37,493 nt of DNA, from sequence record SRR31156797_1276, one strand, 5' to 3'. The notes under the pieces were generated by a model that saw only the letters and a list, made by a program, of their open reading frames with translations, had not been told where the DNA came from and did not search any database. Shown here piece after piece: positions 20,805-28,523 of this stretch. The position numbers and the translations under genes were made by a program. How positions within the stretch are numbered: position 1 is the first letter of the stretch; the number at the start of each line of letters is the position of its first letter.

Positions 20805-22340
20805 ATGAAAAAAAGTTATTTAAACCTAATGTGGCTAATGGTAGCTGCACTAATCCTGGCAAGTTGTAGTAAGGATGATGATCCTATTATCCCTAAACTA
20901 TCACTCTCTGCTGATGCAATTGAAATTTCGGAAACTGCTACTTCTGCTTTGGTGGTAAAAGTAAATGCTGATGCTCTACTTGAAACAGCTTACACTGTAG
21001 GTATTGCTTTATCGGGTACCGCTGTTGAAGGTGTGAACTTTCAGCAAATTGTTAAAACAGTAACGATTCCAGCGAATCAAACTTCAGCGAATATTTTTGT
21101 GACTCCTATCAATGTTTCTGCTATTGAAGCAAGTAAGGTGGTAAATATTGCTCTTCAGGCAGGTACTGGTTATGAGTTGAATACTCCTACAGATTTAGAT
21201 ATTACCATTGTTGACAATGCGAATCCTCCATCGGATGCTCCTGAGGTTTCTTTCGCAACCTCTAACATCGTAACCAATCCGTATTTGGAGGAAGTGAAGA
21301 CGATTACTGTTGGATTGAGCAAAGCTTATGCTTCAGCTCTTACTATTCCTTTAACCATTACCGATGGTTTAGTTGCCGGTACAGATTATGAAATTACTGG
21401 TTTAGATAACAATGCCATTACCATTGCGGCTAACGAAGTTTCAGCTGAATTTACAGTAACAATGAAGAATACTGCAGTTGTTGACATGGACAAAACAGTA
21501 CAATTTGCGTTTGCGACTCCTTCAGTAACCGATTATGCGGTAAAAGCAACTGAAAATACATTGGATATCAATGCGGTTGATCCTCAGGTTGACTTTTCTG
21601 TTTGGTTCAATGAAGAAAATAAATTTGGTTATTTTCAGGATGATTGGACAACTTCAACAACCACTTACAAAACAGATTTGGTTGGATATGATACCAAACG
21701 TTACTACTGGAATGAAACAGAAGCTGCCTGGAAATCATTTTCGGGAGAACATTATTTCAATATTGCAGAAAATGATAACAATCAGTGGGGTGAAGTAATC
21801 AATACTTTGCAAAAAGTTGTTGGTGGAAAATTCATTTATACTACAGATTTTGAAAGATATGAAATACAGGCTGGTGATTTCTTAGGACTAACCAAGTTTT
21901 TTGCAAATGAAGCTACTTATGGAAAAACATCAATAAAGTCAAACGGATGGTTCCGTTTTGCAACAACCGATGCTTCTGCTACCGAAGGAACTGTTGTAAT
22001 TCCTGAGCAAACTTTAACGCTTTACAAGGCTGATATGGATGTTTGGAAAGCAAAAACTACAGTACAGATAGATGATAATGGCACACTAAAAGATAAAAGC
22101 TATTATGCGTGGTATGCTGATTCGAACACAACACAAGGTGATGTATCTCAATCGACATTAGTAACTCCTGTTGCTATTCAGGTTGCAAAATCGGTAGGAA
22201 CTTATAATTCAACTACGAAAGAAATTATGGTGGACGTTACTTTTACTTGTAATGATGCTGATTTTGTTTTTGACGAAAAATATGGAACAAAAGATGGTGA
22301 TTCTTACACACTAAAATTGAAATATATTCCAGCAAAATAG
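20805..22340 (+). CDS. Surface lipoprotein with two Calx-beta/Ig-like repeats and an unknown C-terminal domain
   Basis: Lipobox LAS-C-SKDDD; repeats SGTAVEGVNF...VTIPANQTSA and DGLVAGTDY...ITIAANEVSA. ATG 20805 preferred over GTG 20772. Confidence 0.8.
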   Translation: MKKSYLNLMWLMVAALILASCSKDDDPIIPKLSLSADAIEISETATSALVVKVNADALLETAYTVGIALSGTAVEGVNFQQIVKTVTIPANQTSANIFVTPINVSAIEASKVVNIALQAGTGYELNTPTDLDITIVDNANPPSDAPEVSFATSNIVTNPYLEEVKTITVGLSKAYASALTIPLTITDGLVAGTDYEITGLDNNAITIAANEVSAEFTVTMKNTAVVDMDKTVQFAFATPSVTDYAVKATENTLDINAVDPQVDFSVWFNEENKFGYFQDDWTTSTTTYKTDLVGYDTKRYYWNETEAAWKSFSGEHYFNIAENDNNQWGEVINTLQKVVGGKFIYTTDFERYEIQAGDFLGLTKFFANEATYGKTSIKSNGWFRFATTDASATEGTVVIPEQTLTLYKADMDVWKAKTTVQIDDNGTLKDKSYYAWYADSNTTQGDVSQSTLVTPVAIQVAKSVGTYNSTTKEIMVDVTFTCNDADFVFDEKYGTKDGDSYTLKLKYIPAK

Positions 22341-22352
22341 GAATTAGAAAAT

Positions 22353-22385
22353 GAGTGATTGGACTTTGGTCCAATCACTCTGTTT
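22353..22385 (+). terminator. Stem-loop, likely partial terminator or mRNA stabiliser
   Basis: Perfect 12-bp stem gagtgattggac-tttg-gtccaatcactc followed only by tgttt. Confidence 0.6.
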
Positions 22386-22438
22386 AACAACAAATCAACC
22401 TTTTCGGAGCAATTCCGAATGACCTTAAACAATAACAA

Positions 22439-24799
22439 ATGTTTCGATATAAATTATCACTTCTCCTTATTATTAGTATTGTTGCGTTGGCTTTTAAAGT
22501 TGATGCGCAATCAAGTAATTCAGCACTAATAAAAAAATACCAAAGCCTGGTAAATAAAGCTGATACCAGTGATGACGGTTTTATTAGTGTTCATATGAAC
22601 CACAATAAGTTGTGGCTTGAAATTCCCGATAGCATTATGGGAAGAGATTTGTTAATTGGTAGCAGGGTAGAAGAAATCAGTTCTACCAGAAATGCTGTGG
22701 CTGGACAAATGATGCACAACCCGATGATGGTTAGATTTAGCCAGGATAATAAGGCGGTGTACCTGCATGAAATCGATATTAAAAATCAGATGGATCAAAA
22801 TGATCCTATAGGCATTTCCTTTAATCGAAACAACATGCAAACAATCATGCATGCCTTTAAAATTGAAGCAAGAAATGTAAAGAATAAGGCATCAGTCATT
22901 GATGTGACGAAGTTCTTCAACTCACAAATTCCGCAAATTTCACCTTTTGGCGGCGCCGGCCGTGGAAAATCAATACCCGAAGCCACAAGAACCATTAGTG
23001 CGAGAGCGTACTCAGGTAATGTGGAAATCGTAACCCAAATGGGATTTACGGGAAAGCGACAACAGTTTATGTGCTCCCTGCACCGCTCAATCGTATTACT
23101 TCCTGAAACACCCATGCAGCCTCGTTTGGCCAGTAAAAAAATAGGTTACTACGACGAACCTAAAAAAGAATTATCATCGGAATATATGGATGTGAAAGCC
23201 TATGCATATGTTAAAAGATGGAGAATAGAAGCTAAAAAAGAAGATATTGAAAGCCATAAAAATGGCGAATTGGTTGAACCAAAAAAGCCAATTGTTTTTT
23301 ACGTAGACAATTCGATTCCTGAAAAATGGAAAGGATATATAAAAGCCGGAATTGAAGACTGGCAGAAAGCATTTGAAGCCATTGGATTCAAAAATGCAAT
23401 TATCGCAAAGGATTATCCCCTTAACGACAGCACGTTTTATGCTAATGACTTTACAAATTCTTGTTTCAGATATGTAACAACTGAAAAAGCGAACGCCATG
23501 GGACTCCATTGGATTGACCCTCGTTCGGGGGAAATATTACAAGGCGATGTCTTGTTTTACCACAATGTGATAAAAAAATTATATCAGTGGCGATTTGCCC
23601 AAACAGCTGCCGTTGACCCTGCCATTCGCGGGAATGCTGCTGATGTGGATGATCAGCTTATGGGTGAACTGATTCGTTATGCGGCTGCTCATGAAATTGG
23701 TCATGCCTTAGGATTGAAACACAATTACAGAGCATCTTATGCCTATCCTGTAGACTCATTGCGCTCACCAACTTTCACAAAAAAATATGGAACGGCTGCA
23801 TCCATCATGGATTATGCCCGAAACAATTATATTGCGCAACCAGGTGATAAGGTAACAAGCTTAACACCTCCATTGTTGGGAACCTACGACTATTTTTCAA
23901 TCAAATGGGCTTATGAACCTATTTATTCTGTAACTAGTCCTCAGGAAGAACAAGCGGTATTGGATCAATGGATTGCTGATCGTAGCAATGATGACATGTA
24001 TCTGTTTGGCACCAAGAACGGTAAGGGAGATGGAACATTAGATCCTTCCAGACAAAGTGAATCTCTTGGGGATGATGTGATAAAAGCAGGCAGGTATGGG
24101 GCTTCCAATACCAAACTGACCATGGAGAACTTGATTGAGTGGACAGCTGCTAATCAAAATGGATCCCTTAATTTAAAGGGAATGCACGAGGCCGTTCTTA
24201 AGCAATATAATCAATATTTTAAGCATGCCGAAGCTTGCCTTGGAGGGATGTACGAATTTAATTTCAAAGGTGAAAATCATCAAGATACATTTAAAACGGT
24301 TAGTCGCAGAAAACAAAAAGAAGCGCTTGATTTTATGATGGATGAACTGCTTTCTCAGTACGATTGGATGAATACGGAAAAGCTAAGCAAAAGATTAGGC
24401 CCTCTGAATCAGAATATCCTGAAATATCAGGGAGAAAAGGTGAGCAACTTAATTAGAAGATCCGTTTTGGTAAGAATGTTTACCTGCTCCAATATGTCTG
24501 AAGATCCTTATTACGTTGGTGAATACCTAAGCGATATTTCAAAGCACCTTTTTGATGTTTCCAATAAGAAACAAAATACGAATTGGATGAGAAATATGCA
24601 GTCGGAGTATGTGAAAGCGCTGCAAAAGTTATTGAAGGAAAATAGTGCTGATGGCGGTCATCCTTTCAACAATGTTATTATGGCTGATGTTAAAGCTGAA
24701 CTGGATAACATTCATTCAATTGCAAAGAAAAAAGCAGAAAAAGAGAATGCAACACTTCAAAAGCATTTCACTTATCTAAAATACATCATCGAAGGATAA
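22439..24799 (+). CDS. Zinc-dependent metalloprotease (EcxA-like; DUF5118/DUF5117/DUF4953 architecture)
   Basis: Signal peptide, KKPIVFYVD, DPRSGEI, metzincin motif HEIGHALGLKHN and Met-turn SIMDY. Confidence 0.9.
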   Translation: MFRYKLSLLLIISIVALAFKVDAQSSNSALIKKYQSLVNKADTSDDGFISVHMNHNKLWLEIPDSIMGRDLLIGSRVEEISSTRNAVAGQMMHNPMMVRFSQDNKAVYLHEIDIKNQMDQNDPIGISFNRNNMQTIMHAFKIEARNVKNKASVIDVTKFFNSQIPQISPFGGAGRGKSIPEATRTISARAYSGNVEIVTQMGFTGKRQQFMCSLHRSIVLLPETPMQPRLASKKIGYYDEPKKELSSEYMDVKAYAYVKRWRIEAKKEDIESHKNGELVEPKKPIVFYVDNSIPEKWKGYIKAGIEDWQKAFEAIGFKNAIIAKDYPLNDSTFYANDFTNSCFRYVTTEKANAMGLHWIDPRSGEILQGDVLFYHNVIKKLYQWRFAQTAAVDPAIRGNAADVDDQLMGELIRYAAAHEIGHALGLKHNYRASYAYPVDSLRSPTFTKKYGTAASIMDYARNNYIAQPGDKVTSLTPPLLGTYDYFSIKWAYEPIYSVTSPQEEQAVLDQWIADRSNDDMYLFGTKNGKGDGTLDPSRQSESLGDDVIKAGRYGASNTKLTMENLIEWTAANQNGSLNLKGMHEAVLKQYNQYFKHAEACLGGMYEFNFKGENHQDTFKTVSRRKQKEALDFMMDELLSQYDWMNTEKLSKRLGPLNQNILKYQGEKVSNLIRRSVLVRMFTCSNMSEDPYYVGEYLSDISKHLFDVSNKKQNTNWMRNMQSEYVKALQKLLKENSADGGHPFNNVIMADVKAELDNIHSIAKKKAEKENATLQKHFTYLKYIIEG

Positions 24800-24931
24800 A
24801 TAGAGCTTAATCTATTTGTTTGAGGAAAAAATTAGTAAAATCATTATGGCCTGAGATTATAACACGCCTATGTGGAGTGAATGGGAGTGGACACTCTAAA
24901 TTTAATGTCTTAGCACAACAAAAAAACGAAC

Positions 24932-27091
24932 ATGACACGAATTAAATTGCTTATTATCTGTTTGGTATTATTTTCAATACCATCCAAAGCAGACGAGGGG
25001 ATGTGGATTCCTTCATTATTGAAGAAATACAACATTGAAGACATGAAAAAGGCAGGTTTTAAACTTTCTGCCCAGGATGTATACGATATCAATAAAATCT
25101 GTTTGAAAGATGCTATTGTTGGTCTGGGAAGGTCAAATAATCCCACAACATTCACAGGAAGTGGTTCTTTTATCTCTTCGACAGGTTTGGTATTGACTAA
25201 TCATCATTGTGCTGTTTCATATCTGCACAAGCACAGCACAACCGAAACCAATTACCTTAAAGATGGGTTTTATGCCGATTCATACGAGAAGGAGCTTCCT
25301 GCTAATGGACTCACTCTTGCTCGACTAGTAAGAATGGAAGATGTAACCAGCCAGCTGAAAAAAGGAACTGAATATATGAACGACAGTCAGGTTGGTAAAC
25401 TGATAGAGATGCGAGGCAAAAAAATTATTGAAGAAGCCTCCATTGATACGAATTACAAGCTTAAGATTAAGTCCTATTTTGGAGGAGCTCAGTACTTCCT
25501 GGAAGTTTATGAAGTATACGGTGATGTGCGTATTGTTGCCATGCCGCCTCTGTCTGTAGGAAAATTTGGTGGAGAAACCGATAACTGGCAGTGGCCACGT
25601 CAATCGGCCGATTTTTGTATTCTTCGAGTTTATGGGAATTCAGACAATCAGTCATTAAAATATTCAGCAGATCATACACCCATTGTGCCTGCTAATTCTC
25701 TGGATTTATCCCTTAAAGGTTATGAAGAAGGTGATTTTGCAATGGTCTTTGGTTTTCCTGCCGGTACAAAACAGTTTTTAACAGCCCGTGCTTTGCAGCA
25801 GCTTGTTGAGGTTAGCAATTATCATGGTATTAAAATTCGTGATGCAAAAATGGAAATCATCAATAAGAACATGAGTAAGAGTGATGATTTATGGTTGAAA
25901 TATGCCGATGTTAAAGGTAAGACATCGAATAGTTTGTTGCGATGGAAAGCTGAATCAGCAGGTATCGAACGTTTTGATATTATAAAGTTGAAGCAAAAGG
26001 AAGAAGCTGAATTTACTCAATGGGTAAATGCAAGTGAAGAGCGCAAGCAAAAATATGCAGATATACTACCTGCTATTGAATCGTTTTGCATGCAATTGGA
26101 CACTCTGGAGAAATTAAATGCCTATGTAAACGAAGCAGGAATCAGTGGTGCCAAGATCACTGCGTTTGTGGCCAAGTTCGATATGTTGAATGCCATATCT
26201 TCCCGAAAGAAAATAAATGAAAAAAGATTGCACAAAGAATTAAGACGTATGCGCATTTCAGCCTCTAATTTCTTTCATGATTTTGATATTGAGGTAGAAA
26301 GGGAATTATTAGAAGCTTTTGTGCGTTTGTACGATGAGAATGTGGGAGATGATTTAAAACCCGCTCCTATTGTTGAAGCACGTAAAAAGTATCAGGGTGA
26401 TTTTAAGGCATACATGGATGATGCATTTGAACATTCGGTTTTTACATCTGAGGAGAAATTGAGCCAGTTTTTAAAGGACTATAGCCAAGCGGATGTGGTA
26501 AGGATTCAAAAAGATCCCCTTTTTAACTTATGCCTGAGTTATTATCTAATTAATCAGGAAAAGCTGTATCGTCAGCGTATCGATATCAGACATGAATACG
26601 GAAAATATCACAAAAGATATGTTCAGGCTGTCAGGGAAATGAAAGCTGGTGAAAAATTATCGGCAGATGCCAATAGAAGCTTACGTGTTTCATTTGGTAA
26701 AATTAAAGGATTCAAAGCAGGAGGTACTTTTCAATCTTACCACACAACATTGGAAAGTTTGGTTCAGAAAAATCAGTTGGATCCAAAGGTTTATTCTCTT
26801 CCTGATGGATTTGCAGAGATATGCCAAAAAGAAGTGGCTTCAGCTAAGAAGACCTTTTCTACTTGCTTTATCACCAACTCCCACACTACAGGAGGAAATT
26901 CTGGTAGCCCGGTTTTAAATAAAAAAGGCAAGTTAATAGGTGTAAATTTCGATAGGGTAGCTTATGGTCTTGTTTCCGATTACAAATTCCTTCCTCAATC
27001 GAGCAGACAGATAGCTGTTGATGTGCGCTACATCCGTTTTGTGCTGGAACATCAGTTAAACGCGAATAAACTGCTGAAAGAGTGGAAGTAA
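24932..27091 (+). CDS. S46-family dipeptidyl peptidase, DPP11-like
   Basis: ADEGMW after the signal peptide, TNHHC (His), DNWQWPRQSADF (Asp), HTTGGNSGSPV (Ser), NFDR. Confidence 0.92.
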   Translation: MTRIKLLIICLVLFSIPSKADEGMWIPSLLKKYNIEDMKKAGFKLSAQDVYDINKICLKDAIVGLGRSNNPTTFTGSGSFISSTGLVLTNHHCAVSYLHKHSTTETNYLKDGFYADSYEKELPANGLTLARLVRMEDVTSQLKKGTEYMNDSQVGKLIEMRGKKIIEEASIDTNYKLKIKSYFGGAQYFLEVYEVYGDVRIVAMPPLSVGKFGGETDNWQWPRQSADFCILRVYGNSDNQSLKYSADHTPIVPANSLDLSLKGYEEGDFAMVFGFPAGTKQFLTARALQQLVEVSNYHGIKIRDAKMEIINKNMSKSDDLWLKYADVKGKTSNSLLRWKAESAGIERFDIIKLKQKEEAEFTQWVNASEERKQKYADILPAIESFCMQLDTLEKLNAYVNEAGISGAKITAFVAKFDMLNAISSRKKINEKRLHKELRRMRISASNFFHDFDIEVERELLEAFVRLYDENVGDDLKPAPIVEARKKYQGDFKAYMDDAFEHSVFTSEEKLSQFLKDYSQADVVRIQKDPLFNLCLSYYLINQEKLYRQRIDIRHEYGKYHKRYVQAVREMKAGEKLSADANRSLRVSFGKIKGFKAGGTFQSYHTTLESLVQKNQLDPKVYSLPDGFAEICQKEVASAKKTFSTCFITNSHTTGGNSGSPVLNKKGKLIGVNFDRVAYGLVSDYKFLPQSSRQIAVDVRYIRFVLEHQLNANKLLKEWK

Positions 27092-27154
27092 ATGCTTCAA
27101 GTGTAAAGGATAAAACACCAGAATAGAACAAAAGAATAAATAAAATGCAGCTCT

Positions 27155-27190
27155 AAAAGTCCCTCTTTCAGAGGAGATATAGGAGGGGTG
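27155..27190. repeat. Possible degenerate REP-like element
   Basis: aaagtccctctttcagaggagatataggaggggtg: small hairpin cctct-ttc-agagg plus G-rich tail; single copy in the window. Confidence 0.25.
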
Positions 27191-27239
27191 TAAAGATTAA
27201 GGTACATTGATGAAACGTACGAAATAAATACGCTTACTT

Positions 27240-28073
27240 ATGAAATATTCACATTATTTATTCATGATGATACTGCTTTTCTCAGCATGTAACTCATACG
27301 ATCATGAAGCTTACATTGCTCAATTTAAGACGGATTTTGACAATAAGCTTAATGCTTATACAGTTAGCAAGAATGATTCAGCTTGTTTACTCCGAGAGAG
27401 AAAGCAAAGCGTAGCGGAATTTAAAGCTGAAAAGATTGCGAACGATCGTTTCTATATCGATAACTATTCATGGTATCAATTAGGTAAAAACTTAATGTTA
27501 TCTCCAAAAGAAGCAAAGTTGAAAGCGAATAAATATGGTTTCGAACGTCCGTATTATTTTCTGGAGTTTTTAAAGAGCAAGGCAACCATAGGACCTGTAA
27601 AAAAGCAGGTGATAACAGATGTTCGCAATCGTTTATACGAAAAGCATGCTAAAGATTCCGTTCAAATTTATGGATGCACCGCCCAAGATTTATTCTCTGC
27701 GGTAAAACGTCATGAGAAATATGAGTACTTCTTCTTTCTGAAAGTTGATTTTGAAAAAGTGAAAAATTCTAATGACAAACAGAAAAAGGTTGCTGTTCAA
27801 ATGTTTCAGGGTGCATTCAAGAGGTTATTGGTAAAAACAGAGGTTAAAGACAATTTATATCATATCACAATTTCTAAAGGAGAGGAAATTGGAATATCCA
27901 AAGACCTATTTGCTATTGGTAAAGGAATGCTAGATGATTCAAACAAGGATTTTATTGAGATGAGAAAAACTCGACCAGATTATATGATGAATTTAAATCC
28001 AAGTCAAGCTCGTTTAGTAAATATGGATTGGGATAGTACATATAGTTTATATAAAAGATATGGAAAGAATTAA
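27240..28073 (+). CDS. Hypothetical lipoprotein, 277 aa
   Basis: Lipobox FSA-C; N-terminal half resembles the 13330-13965 pseudogene product. Confidence 0.75.
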   Translation: MKYSHYLFMMILLFSACNSYDHEAYIAQFKTDFDNKLNAYTVSKNDSACLLRERKQSVAEFKAEKIANDRFYIDNYSWYQLGKNLMLSPKEAKLKANKYGFERPYYFLEFLKSKATIGPVKKQVITDVRNRLYEKHAKDSVQIYGCTAQDLFSAVKRHEKYEYFFFLKVDFEKVKNSNDKQKKVAVQMFQGAFKRLLVKTEVKDNLYHITISKGEEIGISKDLFAIGKGMLDDSNKDFIEMRKTRPDYMMNLNPSQARLVNMDWDSTYSLYKRYGKN

Positions 28074-28249
28074 AATTATTTGATTTATTAAATGTTTGTT
28101 TTCTAGTTAGTGGTGATAATGCAGGGACGCGATCTGTTTTTTAGTAGTTAGTGTGGCTAAAAATAATTGTTTTTCCTGCATTATTTTATTTCTAGTTAGG
28201 AAATATGTTTATAAAGTAAAATCTTATAATACACATTAATTGTGAATTT

Positions 28250-28453
28250 ATGAGTAAATCTATGTTGTATGGGATTTTATATTCTTGTCCTGCTGGCGAA
28301 AGAAATTCGGCATGTCCTTTAAAGGAAATTGAAGAGTTTTCATTTCAAGATAAAGTTGAGTGGTACGAAGGATTAAAGGAAGAAGAACGAAACGTAATTA
28401 AGCAAAATCATTGTATTTGCTCATATCGGCGATTAGCTAAATTGAAGAGGTAA
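28250..28453 (+). CDS. Small Cys/His protein, putative metal-binding, 67 aa
   Basis: ATG start after an AT-rich leader; C13P-x7-C22P...H54-C55-x-C57. Confidence 0.65.
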   Translation: MSKSMLYGILYSCPAGERNSACPLKEIEEFSFQDKVEWYEGLKEEERNVIKQNHCICSYRRLAKLKR

Positions 28454-28523
28454 TTATTTAATTCCATCAGGTTTAATAGATAGGTTAAAATTAGTTTCAA
28501 ACTTAAGAGGTGAAAATACGGAT

